Source of the DNA: Methanomicrobiales archaeon
Lineage (GTDB): Archaea > Halobacteriota > Methanomicrobia > Methanomicrobiales > Methanospirillaceae
Assembly (NCBI GenBank): GCA_037137755.1
Contig: JBAXJR010000009.1
Location: forward strand, 1-64,000
Length of the DNA stretch: 64,000 nucleotides
Reading direction: 5' to 3'
Positions 29,100 through 40,210 of this stretch are shown here, in pieces. A program made the position numbers and the translations under genes. Position 1 is the first letter of the stretch; the number at the start of each line of letters is the position of its first letter. A model generated the notes under the pieces. The model did not search any database. It saw only the letters and a program-made list of their open reading frames with translations, and was not told where the DNA came from.

Positions 29100-29690
29100 T
29101 CAGGTCCTGGTGATCATGGCACTTCTGCCCCATTCTCTTCCGTATACAAATCCGTTTTTGATTGCTGGTCCGATGGTAAGCCAGAATAATACCACCCCGG
29201 CAGTCATTACCCAGAGGAGGTTATTGCCAACGTAACTGATGAATTTGCTCTCAAAGGGACGACCAAAAAATACCGTTCCACATGCAGCGAGGAGGGCCAT
29301 GCAGAAAAGCGTAGTGACAAATGACACCAGCCAGAAACATGCGATACTGTAGGGACCCGTCCTGATTTTGTGTCCTTTCATCAGCCGGTGCCAGAGCAGG
29401 TACGAGAGATACGGGTAGAGAACATTGATGAGAAAACCGAATATGCTCATCGGGGACCAGGAGCCGGATAGATCTCCGGCAACATTCCCAATTCCGAGGC
29501 CCCAGGCAGCCGCCGGACCCCAGAGGATCCCGAAAACAACCGGAAGTGCTGCTGCCGGCCGGAGGGAAATACCCGCTATATCCCAGTGGACCTGGTTGAA
29601 AGGGACCAGGACCAGAACATAGATAACCGCACTCACTGCGATGAATGCAAGCCCTTTCCGTTCAGTCCAGACCTCTGCGAGCTCGTGCAT
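29100..29690 (-). CDS. QueT-like / ECF S-component membrane protein
   Basis: LRPAAALPVVFGILWGPAAAWG.GIGN..GD, multiple TMs. Confidence 0.7.
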   Translation of the reverse strand: MHELAEVWTERKGLAFIAVSAVIYVLVLVPFNQVHWDIAGISLRPAAALPVVFGILWGPAAAWGLGIGNVAGDLSGSWSPMSIFGFLINVLYPYLSYLLWHRLMKGHKIRTGPYSIACFWLVSFVTTLFCMALLAACGTVFFGRPFESKFISYVGNNLLWVMTAGVVLFWLTIGPAIKNGFVYGREWGRSAMITRT

Positions 29691-29908
29691 GCTAACCAGA
29701 TTGGTTTGCCAGCAAAAAAAAGACCGGTCATACCAGTTACGTTCACTACCTGTTCCGTTGCAAGGTACAGGGTCTTCCCACCGATATCTCAGGAACAACC
29801 AAAAAAATCAACGCTGTTTCCAGTTCCAGGCCAGGAGGATACTATATCCCAAAAAAATAAGCGGGATGGCATCCTTTATTTCATCACTTCAATGGAACAG
29901 GATGTCTC

Positions 29909-30553
29909 ATGATCCCTGGTTTGTACCTCGTCATTATCCTCATCACGGTCGTTATCCTCGTTGCCCTGTCCTGGCGGTTTGCATCGCGCCGCTACACGAT
30001 TCCCTGCCCCGTTTGGATGAAGGGGTTACTCGATCCCCGGTTTTCCAGCGGCCCTAGTGCACGCACACGGAAAACAATCCAGCACCTTGACCTCAGGCCC
30101 GGGATGAATGTACTGGATGTGGGCTGTGGCCCGGGCCGGCTCACGATACCACTCGCAGATACCGTGGGCCCTCATGGCACAGTACTAGCGATCGATATCC
30201 AGGAAGGGATGCTTCGCGAAGCACAGAAACGGGCTGATAAGTCAAACCTCACCAACATCCGTTTTTTTCAGATCGGTGCCGGGGAAGGCAGACTTGAGCG
30301 GAACAGGTTCGAACGGGCCGTGATGGTAACAGTACTGGGTGAGATCCCCGGCAGGGAAGCAGCACTGCAGGATATCTTCGAAGCGCTTCGTCCCGGGGGT
30401 GTCCTGCTGGTCGAAGAGACCATCAGGGACCCCCATTTCCAGGCCCCGGGCACCGTCCGCAGGCTGGCCGGTGCCGCCGGGTTTATTGAAAAGGAATTCT
30501 TCGGAAATCGTTTTTCCTTCAGTATTACCCTGGAAAAACCCACCGGAACCTGA
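29909..30553 (+). CDS. Class I SAM-dependent methyltransferase
   Basis: VLDVGCGPGRLT motif I; N-terminal TM. Confidence 0.9.
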   Translation: MIPGLYLVIILITVVILVALSWRFASRRYTIPCPVWMKGLLDPRFSSGPSARTRKTIQHLDLRPGMNVLDVGCGPGRLTIPLADTVGPHGTVLAIDIQEGMLREAQKRADKSNLTNIRFFQIGAGEGRLERNRFERAVMVTVLGEIPGREAALQDIFEALRPGGVLLVEETIRDPHFQAPGTVRRLAGAAGFIEKEFFGNRFSFSITLEKPTGT

Positions 30554-30672
30554 CAACGTATGCCCCGGTGCGTTCTTCACCTGTCTGTCCAATAACAAGC
30601 CATCAGGCACACATTGTATCCGGGGTCCTGGAGAATGTGTGGGGGAACGAAAGAGAATGGTCCCGCCCCATG

Positions 30673-30984
30673 TTACAGTTTAAATCCGGGTATCGTGTCA
30701 AATAGCTGCTGGTACAACCTGAAAAAGAGCGTAATGTAGTCAGTGGCCTCCTCAGTGACGACATAATAGGTCTTTCCACCATCATGCACCCGGGACCTGG
30801 TATCCGCGAAAGTCTTGGTACCTGTCATCCCGAGCACCGATGTGACGATGAACTGCATCCCGAACGCCATCGCCATGGCGCCGAATACCAGGTTCCGGAG
30901 GACCAACGCGAAGAAACGGTTGATTTCGTTTTTAAACCGTGTAAGGTTTTCAGTCGTCATGTGTATGTTCACCGGGCTGTACAT
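30673..30984 (-). pseudogene. Probable truncated membrane-protein gene
   Basis: One hydrophobic segment followed by an abrupt change of sequence character; likely a remnant. Confidence 0.35.
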
Positions 30985-31218
30985 ATAGCGGAGGTCTTCA
31001 ATTCAAGACCCTGAAACTAAGATACGTATCTATCCTGGCCGGTTGCCAGAGCAACAATCCAAAATCCCGATGAGTCTCTTAATAAATTCCGGTTATTCAC
31101 TGTAGCAGGGCCAATGTCAGTAGTTATTCCCAAAAATCCCCGATGTAGCATAGTTCTGCAATCGCATCTGTCGGAATTGCATCCGTTGTTACGTAACGCG
31201 GTAAAAAGAAGATGATCG

Positions 31219-32175
31219 TTATGAGTCCAGGAAGAAGGTGACGATCCGTCCGAACTGCTCCGGGTATTGGTACATCATACCATGCCCCCCGCCCGGGACC
31301 TGGATGACCCATGCACCGGGGATACGCCCTCCAATAACAAATGCATTTTCCGGGACGCTGATTACGTCCCCGGCCCCGGCCAGGACCAGCGTCGGGGACA
31401 TGATGCCAGGGAGGCGTGAGTAGGTACCGTTCCAGGAGCTGATCGCCTCAATCTGGCGATCATAGCTTTCTGCGGGAGATGTCTCTGTCGGGAACGGGAA
31501 GTAAGTCATGGGGTTCGGGTGCCCGCGGATCCATGCGGCAGGGAACAGGAGCGAAAACAGCCGTTCACCACGTTCACGTGGGGAACCGGATGAATTGGTA
31601 AGCTGCTCCAGGACAACCGGCGACGCCGGAATGCTCTCGTTTCCACCGACGGTCCCGGCATACAGGATGAGCCTGTCGACCTTTCCGGGATGACGCAGCG
31701 CCAGTTCCTGGGCGATATCAGCACCCATCGACCAGCCGAGGACATCGGCCCGGCTGATATTCATCGCATCCAGAAGCCCTGCCGCATCGTCAGCAAAGAG
31801 CGAAATGGAGAACGGTTTATCAGATGTGGTAGTATTTCCCATACCCCGGTTGTCAAAGATGATTACGCGATGCTTCAAAGAAAGGTTGGCGAGGACCTCA
31901 GGGGGCCAGAGGTCCATCGTTGACCCGTATCCCATGATAAGAAGGAGGGGTGTTCCCTGGCCGAAATCCTTGTACCCGACCTCGATGTCGTTGACCCGAA
32001 CTGTTTTAACTGGGACATGGACTGACCCCATTTCCGGGGAACCGGCGGCATGAAGAGTGCCCGCAGGTGAAGGGGGTGCCGGACTATCAGGGGTCCCGGG
32101 CCCGGGTGTGGTGCACCCTGCCAGGAGAAGGAGCAGGGTGAGAATGATGATGACGGGAGGGAGGCATGAACGCAT
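31219..32175 (-). CDS. Alpha/beta hydrolase with lipoprotein-type signal
   Basis: LLLLAGC signal; FDNRGMG; GWSMG nucleophile; GGH. Confidence 0.92.
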   Translation of the reverse strand: MRSCLPPVIIILTLLLLLAGCTTPGPGTPDSPAPPSPAGTLHAAGSPEMGSVHVPVKTVRVNDIEVGYKDFGQGTPLLLIMGYGSTMDLWPPEVLANLSLKHRVIIFDNRGMGNTTTSDKPFSISLFADDAAGLLDAMNISRADVLGWSMGADIAQELALRHPGKVDRLILYAGTVGGNESIPASPVVLEQLTNSSGSPRERGERLFSLLFPAAWIRGHPNPMTYFPFPTETSPAESYDRQIEAISSWNGTYSRLPGIMSPTLVLAGAGDVISVPENAFVIGGRIPGAWVIQVPGGGHGMMYQYPEQFGRIVTFFLDS

Positions 32176-32301
32176 ATAGCCCAGTTAGCGACCGCAGGGT
32201 AAAAAGATACGGGATCGATTGCACGCAGGAATGAACAGTTCAAAAGGAATGGTTTCATCAGCCATGCATGCCAACCCGTCAGGATTGTAGGAACTGATGG
32301 A

Positions 32302-32653
32302 ATGCTGGAACGTTTCGAACGTCATGACGAAAAGCTTCAGTCCCTATTGCATTTTATAAACGCCTTGTTCTGTTGGGCTCCTGTCGCTGGGGATCATCCT
32401 GTTCTCCCTCGGCATAGGGATCTGGAGTTACATGACATTCGAACACCTGGGACCGGCTGATGCTTTCCTCAATGCAGCGATGCTTATGGGAGGCATGGGG
32501 CCAGTAAATACGCTCTATACCGATGGAGGAAAGATCTTCACAGGTTTTTATGCAATGTACTGCGGATTTATCCTGATCTTTTCCGTGGCTCTTTTTATGA
32601 CTCCGATATTCCACCGCTTACTCCATCACTTTCACTTAGAGGGGAGGAAATAA
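32302..32653 (+). pseudogene. Frameshifted small two-TM ion-channel-like gene
   Basis: MLERFERHDEKL start is out of frame with ...LLSLGIILFSLGIGIWSYMTFEHLGPADAFLNAAMLMGGMGPV...FHRLLHHFHLE; frameshift(s) near 32350-32375. Confidence 0.6.
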
Positions 32654-32775
32654 TCGTATGAGATTGTTTTTCGCATCGAATATCAGGACGGATCCCCTGT
32701 CGACTCATCCCTTTCCCCGGGAGAGGCCGTTATATTTCTGGGCTCGACGTAGGTGCGGACCTGCAGACCACCCGG

Positions 32776-33267
32776 TCAGGTTTGTACCGAATAGCCAGCC
32801 CTGACGAGTATCAGGGTCATGCGTTCGTCCCATTCTGTATCGTCGCATCCGGAAAAGCTGGAAATCTGCTCCTCAAAGAGCCTGGTTAATGCTTCGTCTT
32901 CAGATGCCAGGTGCCGCTGGTACATGATTCTCCCCGCTCTCTTTCCAGCGGAATCAAGGATTAACATCCGCCAGCAGCCGAAGTCCCTGCAGATATCAGG
33001 CCGGGTCTGGTGAATGGTACAATAACATTTCGAAGACCGTGTATCAACCCGGAAAAATGGGCATGCCTCCGGGTGCTGCAAAAACGTGCTCCTGTCAAGA
33101 AATAGCAAAATTTTATCAGGGTCAACGGATACCGTTGTTTTTTCACCAGTGTACTGGTTATTCACCAGAAAATGATTGTCCCCGTAGTCTTCTTTGATGA
33201 CATGAACAAGACCTAGGTGGCTGCAACAATCTCCACACCGGCTACATTCAAATGACAAGGGGATCAA
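32776..33267 (-). CDS. YkgJ family Cys-cluster (Fe/Zn-chelating) protein
   Basis: FECSRCGDCC...CPFF...CTIHQTRPDICRDF. Confidence 0.88.
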   Translation of the reverse strand: MIPLSFECSRCGDCCSHLGLVHVIKEDYGDNHFLVNNQYTGEKTTVSVDPDKILLFLDRSTFLQHPEACPFFRVDTRSSKCYCTIHQTRPDICRDFGCWRMLILDSAGKRAGRIMYQRHLASEDEALTRLFEEQISSFSGCDDTEWDERMTLILVRAGYSVQT

Positions 33268-33558
33268 CCACCAATAACGGTTATCAGGTACTTCATATAT
33301 CCCAGGTTAATCTTACTGATACTCATATGGGGAATAAATATTTACAGTACTATTTTTGGAAACAGGGGCTTCTGGGAAATTACCACTCCGGATAACACCT
33401 GGGACCGTAAAGCTGAGTCCCCGCCTGATAGCAGGGAATGCGAAAGCTGTGTGCCACCATGACGAGAAGCGATTTGAAAAAAAAAATGTGACCCCCTTCT
33501 TCGTGTCTCCTTGCCGTTTTAAATTTTAATCTTCCCAATAGTAACCTATGAATCGGAC

Positions 33559-34287
33559 ATGTGTGGGGTTGTTCCCGTCATGAGTTACGAACAACGTAGT
33601 TCGTTGACCGGCCGTGTGAAGGAATCGTTCCGCTGTTCCTTTGGTGAAATCGTTTTTGGCATGTCGGATGGAACCGTCTCGATATTCGGCCTCGTGGCCG
33701 GTATGCTGGCGGGTGCCCAGTCCGGCGATGTCATTCTCCTAGCCGGCGCAACAGCCGCAATCGCGGCAACCGTCTCAATGATGGCCGGCGTCTTCATGGA
33801 CCTCGAGTCCGAAAAGGATGCTGCACGGGTTGAGGCGGATCGGCGTGCCGCAGAGATCCATAGCGATCCCGATGGTGCTGTAACGAAACTGATGGGTGAT
33901 CTGCAGGGATCCGGCTTAAGTAAGACAAGTCTTGATGCAATCCAGGTTGATCTCCGGAAGGATCCCCTCACCATCCAGAAGTTTGAGGATGCGGTCTCAG
34001 CCGAAGAGGAGACACTTGCCGATAAAGCCCCGCCCTATGTCCATGCCTGCTGGATGGGGATTGCGGACTTCATTGCTGCGATGACACCGGTTATCCCGTT
34101 CGCGTTCCTTCCGGTTGAACAGGCGAAGTATGTCTGCATTGCGGGGACTGCGGTGCTCCTGTTCCTGCTGGGTATCGGACGGGCACGGCTTGGCCAACGC
34201 CCTGTATTGCGGACAGTTATCGAGACAATGGCGATTGCAACCGCTGCAGGTATTGCCGGGGTAATCTTCGCCCTGATAATCACCTGA
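33559..34287 (+). CDS. VIT1/CCC1 family Fe/Mn transporter
   Basis: EIVFGMSDGTVSIFGLVAG...SMMAG...PVIPF. Confidence 0.9.
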   Translation: MCGVVPVMSYEQRSSLTGRVKESFRCSFGEIVFGMSDGTVSIFGLVAGMLAGAQSGDVILLAGATAAIAATVSMMAGVFMDLESEKDAARVEADRRAAEIHSDPDGAVTKLMGDLQGSGLSKTSLDAIQVDLRKDPLTIQKFEDAVSAEEETLADKAPPYVHACWMGIADFIAAMTPVIPFAFLPVEQAKYVCIAGTAVLLFLLGIGRARLGQRPVLRTVIETMAIATAAGIAGVIFALIIT

Positions 34288-34642
34288 CGGGGCAGGCATA
34301 GAAATTCCCAAACACCCCCATTTTTCCTGCAGGAGAAGGAAACCCTCTATTTTTTAATACTACAATGCTGATTCAGATAAAATTAAAAATTGGCCGTTAT
34401 GAAAAACTCCCCATGACCCATTATCAGGAGCACCGAATTCATGCTCATCTATGGGCCCAAAGGGGCTCATAGCACGCTCTGTAGAAACACACATGAACTG
34501 GAAGTTCACACCCGAACCATGAAAATGCGCTTTCAAAATCTCTTCATTTTGGGGGTCATTCACGGATTTTCATGTGAAATGCTCTAATTGATTCTTACCG
34601 ATTTTGGACCAGCCTGAATTTTCCAACGCACCCCGGGACTAC

Positions 34643-34779
34643 GCCCCGCCACTGTGGCTACCCCGGTTGGGAAAGAGACTACCCCAAAAACTCTTACTTT
34701 AATCAAATCTTGGCAAACCCAGCCCAAAGAATAGCTTAATGAGGGTGGGGCAGGGGTTAAACTCCCACCTGTATAAGCA
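34643..34779 (+). repeat. Dispersed intergenic repeat, copy 2
   Basis: Homologous to 27099-27240 (same two conserved GC-rich blocks). Confidence 0.65.
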
Positions 34780-34944
34780 GTGGGGTTAATTCTTTGATTA
34801 TCCACTGGATTTCTACCGAGCCAAAAAATTGGTAGGCATTTTCAGGGGGTGATTGCCGAATAGAAGACCCCCTTGGCGTCCGTACACTTTTCGTATTTTA
34901 TGATATGTTCGCTTCTTTCCAATAAAAGAGGTATCGGAATGGGA

Positions 34945-35553
34945 CTATACAGATTTTTCCTCTCTTAATTTTATCTCCGAAATCTCCTGCAACGCCCTCT
35001 TTTTATGGACGTAATCCGGATACCACACGGTAAAGACGATAGCGATTACCATGAAGACCCATTTCAGGTTGTCCCAGAACATAAGGGCCGGGTCAGGTCG
35101 GACCAGCAGGAAGGTATCCACTGCCAGGGCGAGAGTGAATGCAATTGCCCATACACCGGTTATAATATAATTTACCCTCATGAATGGCGCACTCCTGGCA
35201 CGCTCAGGGTCTACACCTTCTCTGGAATACTGGAGGGTGAAGGGAAAATGGAAGAGCATCGTCACCCAGCAGACAACCGTAAGGACCAGCATCGAGAGTA
35301 CCGAAAGGTAGTTCGCAACATAGTACTGGTGTAGTCCGATAATCACGATGAAGAACACAACGAAGAACACTATCGTGATAACGGAAAGGATATAGCCTTT
35401 GAGCAGTTGGCGGTAACTCGTCAGCAGGGTGAGGACAATACCAATAATAAAAGCAAGGGTCAGACTCATCAGGGGATTTCCCAATGGTGCTTCAGCAACA
35501 AGGGTGAACGCGATCCATGGTACGAATGCAGTAAGAAGTGATATCAGGTTCAT
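34945..35553 (-). CDS. Integral membrane protein
   Basis: AFVPWIAF...PFTLQYSRE...FMRVNYIITGVW...FTVWYP; about 6 TMs. Confidence 0.8.
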   Translation of the reverse strand: MNLISLLTAFVPWIAFTLVAEAPLGNPLMSLTLAFIIGIVLTLLTSYRQLLKGYILSVITIVFFVVFFIVIIGLHQYYVANYLSVLSMLVLTVVCWVTMLFHFPFTLQYSREGVDPERARSAPFMRVNYIITGVWAIAFTLALAVDTFLLVRPDPALMFWDNLKWVFMVIAIVFTVWYPDYVHKKRALQEISEIKLREEKSV

Positions 35554-35765
35554 TATCGTATGAGAAAAACGGTTCCCGGAAAGATAATTCTTTTGTTTTA
35601 TTTCGTCGGTTCCCCGGATTCCGGCGAATTCTGCCGCACTTAATGTTCCCAGGGGGATACGCATGGATATCTAAATCCATTGACAATTTCCGGGTTCGGA
35701 TTATTTCTGATGAACTGAAATTCCAAGAATTTAAATTCAACCCGCACCTACCCAGACATTATAAA

Positions 35766-36392
35766 ATGTCTGACGAAAATGAGGTGGAGGGACTCTTTCT
35801 CACCAAGGGACGGCTGGAAGGGCTTTCTGATGGGATATTTGCGTTTGCGATGACGCTCCTTGTTGTCGGCCTGGACTTACCGGATAAAACGACCATTGTG
35901 CAGTCAACAGGGTTTGCAATGGACACCCTTATCTCGCTCGAGTCCGATTTCCTGCACTACATTTTAGCATTCCTGATCCTCGGTGCATTCTGGCTCAGCC
36001 ATCATACCCAGCTCCATTCCGTGAAGAGGATCGATAAGATGTATGTCTGGCTTAACCTCTCCGTGCTCCTGTTCGTTGCACTCCTTCCCTTTTCAACCTC
36101 TTTTTCCGGAGATTTTCCGAAAGTCCCGGTCGGGGCAATGGTATTTGAAGCCAGTCTCTTTGCAATAGGAATAGCGATGTTCTGCCAATGGCTCTATGCA
36201 ACCCAGGGTCACCGCCTCGTTGAACCGACGCTGGATGAGGGATATATCCGCTATATCAGGATCAGTAACCTTGTTGTTCCGTTTGTTTCTGTCGTTGGCA
36301 TCATCATCGCACTTACCGGGGTCACATGGAGTTCGGTGGTCTACCTGACGCTCCCGATTGTCGGTTATGTGGTATATCGCCTGGCCAGGTGA
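35766..36392 (+). CDS. TMEM175 family potassium channel (DUF1211)
   Basis: RLEGLSDGIFAFAMTLLV...FWLSHH...LPFST. Confidence 0.92.
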   Translation: MSDENEVEGLFLTKGRLEGLSDGIFAFAMTLLVVGLDLPDKTTIVQSTGFAMDTLISLESDFLHYILAFLILGAFWLSHHTQLHSVKRIDKMYVWLNLSVLLFVALLPFSTSFSGDFPKVPVGAMVFEASLFAIGIAMFCQWLYATQGHRLVEPTLDEGYIRYIRISNLVVPFVSVVGIIIALTGVTWSSVVYLTLPIVGYVVYRLAR

Positions 36393-36468
36393 TATTTCCG
36401 AGTCATATTAATAAAAACCCGGTTTTTTCTTTAACCCGGGTAATCACCAGGATGAAATCCCGCAATGA

Positions 36469-37209
36469 TCACTCCTTTACCGTACAAAATTCCAGGATGC
36501 ACAGGTCCTCATGGTGAGGGACATACTCGGGGACACCAGGCCGCCGGGTAATCTCCGGGCGGGTAAACCCTGCGCCACCGAGGTAACCGGTCAGCTGCTC
36601 CTTTGTCAATATTCTCGTCGGCCCCCGTTCTTCCGGTGACCTGACCGCACCTTCAGCCAGTCCGAGCGTGGAACCAAAGAAAATCCCACCGGGTTTGAGG
36701 GCAGAATATGCATGGACGAGGTAATCCCGGAACTCCTGTTCATCGGCAATGACATGGATAACAGAGGCGGAATAGATAGTGTCAAACTCCTCCGGCCCGA
36801 ACGGGCATGTCCCGGAGACAACAAAGAGATCCACCATCTCATCCCGGTCATAATACAGGTCAAACCCGAGGTCGATACTCTCACGGTTGATATCGAACGC
36901 AGTGACCCGGTCCCGGGAAAAACCGTCACGGATTAACTGCCGGACATTGTCTCCCGTACCACAGCCATAATCAAGGAGCCGGCCGGTCCTTATAAGCATC
37001 CGGAGATAGAAAAAGTGGTGATTAATCCGCGGCTTCCCGAGGATCATGAGAATATGGGGATAACGCACTCCCTCCCTGGTATATTTCTCAACAACCGTGC
37101 GGTGGTACCCTTCGGGATAGGTAACACCGCGGGATTCGATCCGTTTCATGGCAGCGCAGAGTTCGGAGGTGAGCGTCTTACCCGGCATGAACCCGGTTGC
37201 GTTTTTCAT
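36469..37209 (-). CDS. Class I SAM-dependent methyltransferase
   Basis: LLDYGCGTG; FDTIYSASVIH; LKPGGIFFG. Confidence 0.88.
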   Translation of the reverse strand: MKNATGFMPGKTLTSELCAAMKRIESRGVTYPEGYHRTVVEKYTREGVRYPHILMILGKPRINHHFFYLRMLIRTGRLLDYGCGTGDNVRQLIRDGFSRDRVTAFDINRESIDLGFDLYYDRDEMVDLFVVSGTCPFGPEEFDTIYSASVIHVIADEQEFRDYLVHAYSALKPGGIFFGSTLGLAEGAVRSPEERGPTRILTKEQLTGYLGGAGFTRPEITRRPGVPEYVPHHEDLCILEFCTVKE

Positions 37210-37228
37210 GGCGGTTTACCAGGGATGA

Positions 37229-38599
37229 TTATGCAGCCTCAAGCACCGTTTTGAAGGGCTCTATCATATGGTGTTTCATATCAGCAAACACTTTCTTCCG
37301 GAAACCGGGGATCCGTGTCAGCGGGATAAGGATTGCATTAAACAGCCGGGTTTTGAGGTCGGCCTGTGGAAAATCAAACATCCCATGTTCCTGGTAGTAC
37401 CGGTAATCTGCCTGGAATGCTAACCGCAATCCCCCGTAGATACTGTCCCGGAATATCTTGTGCCCACCGGCTGCATAGAAGGTCTCTGGTGGTATGTAAC
37501 CGGTTTCTGCTGCCTGCACGAGGCGTCCTGCCATGGCATCGAGCAGGCCGTCAAGTTCTCCGGAACCGGTAACTTCATCGGTAACAAACTGTGCATGACA
37601 CCTGCCATTGTCAGCCCATGCGGTAAGTGCCTCTTTCAGGTGTGGGACCTGGTGGAGGGGACCCGCGATCACAAAGCCAATCTGTTTGCCTTCGAGACCG
37701 GGAGTATGACCCAAAAAAAAACTCCGGTCAAAGAACTGTTTCCATGTCGATGAGAGATACCGGTCATGTACCGAGCCTGCCATGATAATGATATCCGCAG
37801 GCACCAGTTTGTTTTTGAAAAAATCAACGTACCCGTCGGTGTATACGCAGGTATTATCATAACCGCACTGGCAGCACCCGAGACAACCTCCCTTGACATT
37901 CACGTCATGGAGATTGATCACCTCAGCCTGACCTGAAAAATTCTTCACGATCCGGTCAGTCATTGCCGCAAGATTTGGTGAACGGCCGTCGGAATCGGTG
38001 AGAATTACAACCTTTTTTGTACCTGCCTGAACGGTTTTGGGTTCTTTGCAGGGGATATATGCAAAGGCCGGCCAGACAAGCGGAGCGTTCTCCCGCTGGA
38101 CCGGTGTTTTTTCCTGCACGTCGGTGAAGAGGAGGGATACGAATTTCTCCAGGCGCTTTCGTTCCTCTTCCGATAAGAGATCCATCATTTCCGCGGAATA
38201 AAACCCAAGGTAGTTCATCCCCAGATCGTCGCTGATGGCATGGATGTACGCATGGGCGGTCTGGTCGAAGAAATGGATCGATGTCGAGAGCGATGCGGCG
38301 TAGGTTCCGGAAAATACATCCTCTGCCTTCCGCTCGAAGATGAGTTCAATAAATCGCTTGTACTGGGAGCAGACGACCAGGTAATAGAGCGGAAATGCCC
38401 AGAGGATAAGATCTGCGGACCGGATGCTATCAAGAGTCATGTTCCAGACGGCGGGATCTTTTTCGATCTTTCTTATATCATGGGCCACGTTGAGAATTTC
38501 GTACGTTTGTTCCGGGAATTTCTTCTTAATGTATGCAATATACTGCATCGTGACACTGATATCGCCCTTCGGGCTGCCGTTTAATACAACAATTTTCAT
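37229..38599 (-). CDS. Tandem flavodoxin-fold NAD(P)H-dependent / iron-sulfur flavoprotein
   Basis: LNGSPKG start; second domain with GGCLGCCQCG...C. Confidence 0.88.
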   Translation of the reverse strand: MKIVVLNGSPKGDISVTMQYIAYIKKKFPEQTYEILNVAHDIRKIEKDPAVWNMTLDSIRSADLILWAFPLYYLVVCSQYKRFIELIFERKAEDVFSGTYAASLSTSIHFFDQTAHAYIHAISDDLGMNYLGFYSAEMMDLLSEEERKRLEKFVSLLFTDVQEKTPVQRENAPLVWPAFAYIPCKEPKTVQAGTKKVVILTDSDGRSPNLAAMTDRIVKNFSGQAEVINLHDVNVKGGCLGCCQCGYDNTCVYTDGYVDFFKNKLVPADIIIMAGSVHDRYLSSTWKQFFDRSFFLGHTPGLEGKQIGFVIAGPLHQVPHLKEALTAWADNGRCHAQFVTDEVTGSGELDGLLDAMAGRLVQAAETGYIPPETFYAAGGHKIFRDSIYGGLRLAFQADYRYYQEHGMFDFPQADLKTRLFNAILIPLTRIPGFRKKVFADMKHHMIEPFKTVLEAA

Positions 38600-38619
38600 A
38601 ATTATTCCCCCATCCGCAT

Positions 38620-38928
38620 TTATTCATCAGGCTTACTTGCACTGTCAAGGATCTGTCGTGCGAACTCCTGGAGGGCATCGGCTTTTACCAGCGCTATTCC
38701 CCGTTCCACATCACCAAGCACCAGCAGGATATCCCCCTGCTTGATGTCGAAGATCTCCCGGGCTTCCTTGGGTATGACAATCTGCCCGCGTTCGCCGACC
38801 TTGACACTGCCGAAGAGGTGCCGGGTTTTTTCCTTCCGTGGTGCGACTATCTCGTCAATCAAATCCTCGCTCTTACAATTCTTACTTTTCATACTTATCA
38901 TATTAGTACGATTATTTGTATTTACCAT
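38620..38928 (-). CDS. AbrB/MazE/SpoVT family transcriptional regulator
   Basis: VKVGERGQIVIPKEAREIFDIKQGD; true start may be internal. Confidence 0.9.
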   Translation of the reverse strand: MVNTNNRTNMISMKSKNCKSEDLIDEIVAPRKEKTRHLFGSVKVGERGQIVIPKEAREIFDIKQGDILLVLGDVERGIALVKADALQEFARQILDSASKPDE

Positions 38929-39266
38929 TTTTCATGTCGGAGATATGAGCCCGTGTTACCGGGTACGGTTCTGCATCAGGGGCCACGGGCAGGTTATGGC
39001 GTCTCACCGGGCAGCCGCCGGTATCCAGGGGAGGGTCCGGGAGAGAACGTATTTTCTATCCGCAGGAATGTTACTATATGGCAAATTAATTTGGGATACC
39101 AAAAATTACGCAGGATTTCTTTGAAGCCAGGATTTGATGCTGTTCCCGACGTATGCAGCGACCGTGATACATGAAAAGAGGATAGTGGTGGGTATTCCTG
39201 GTGTTGATAAGAAAACGAAACAACAACACCCAGCGTGTTAAACCAAAAAAAAGAATGTTCTGGAGG

Positions 39267-39986
39267 TTACCTGATCAGGTACGTCACCGTAACGGTTGCG
39301 GTCACGGTCACGTCGCCTGGCTGGATCGGTGTTGGTGCTGATCCGGCTGCCATATCACTCTTTGCGTAGTTTTGGAACAGTACTGGTGTGTACCCCTGGC
39401 CCACCTCAACAGTCTTTACTGCGGTAATGTTGACACCGAGTGCGGTGGCAACAGTCTGTGCATCGGCTGCCGCCCTGCCAGTTGCTTCTTTCAGTGCCTC
39501 AGTCCTGAGCACCTGCGCCTGTTCGTCTGATAGCAGGAACTGGATTGAATTTGCCTGGTTAATGCCGTTTGCAACACCGATGTCAATAACCTCACCGGTC
39601 CGGCTGACATCGTGGAGGGTGACGGTCAGGGTATTCGTGACATGGTATGCCCTGATCTTCTGGGCAGGGAACTTGATATCTTCGTACACCGGGTAGATAG
39701 TATACCCGGTCGTCTTGAGGGCGTCCTTTGGAATCCCCGCAGCCTTCAATGCATCCATCACTTTTGTCATGATGGCAGCATTTTCCGCCTGGGCAACTTT
39801 CACGTCGACATTTTCGGTTTCGACAGCGAGCGAGACCTGTGCCCGGTCAGGCGTCCCGATGACGGAACCGGTTCCGGAGGCAGTTATCGTGCGATCAGTG
39901 CCTGTATCGGCCGCTGAAACGGTCCCGATCGCCACCAGGGCAACGATGAGCACGAGAGCGGTGAGAATTACTATGTTGTGTTTCAT
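39267..39986 (-). CDS. SIMPL domain (DUF541) protein
   Basis: Signal peptide; TITASGTGSVIGTPDRA...IQPGDVTVTATVTVTY. Confidence 0.92.
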   Translation of the reverse strand: MKHNIVILTALVLIVALVAIGTVSAADTGTDRTITASGTGSVIGTPDRAQVSLAVETENVDVKVAQAENAAIMTKVMDALKAAGIPKDALKTTGYTIYPVYEDIKFPAQKIRAYHVTNTLTVTLHDVSRTGEVIDIGVANGINQANSIQFLLSDEQAQVLRTEALKEATGRAAADAQTVATALGVNITAVKTVEVGQGYTPVLFQNYAKSDMAAGSAPTPIQPGDVTVTATVTVTYLIR

Positions 39987-40210
39987 GATTGAACAAAGAG
40001 ACTGTTTCGCGGCATTCCGGTTAATGTTTACCGTAACTGCGAAAGAAATGGGAGTTATGAAGCGGTATTGTGAAACCGGAAAAATTTTCCGGATCCCGTA
40101 CAAGGCCCCGGATTCCATCCGTGAAGGGTGTTTGAAAAGACAATGTTCAAAAAATAACATGATTATAGGATAAGGATAATTCCCTATACAGTCAAAGAGG
40201 TGAAAGAGAT

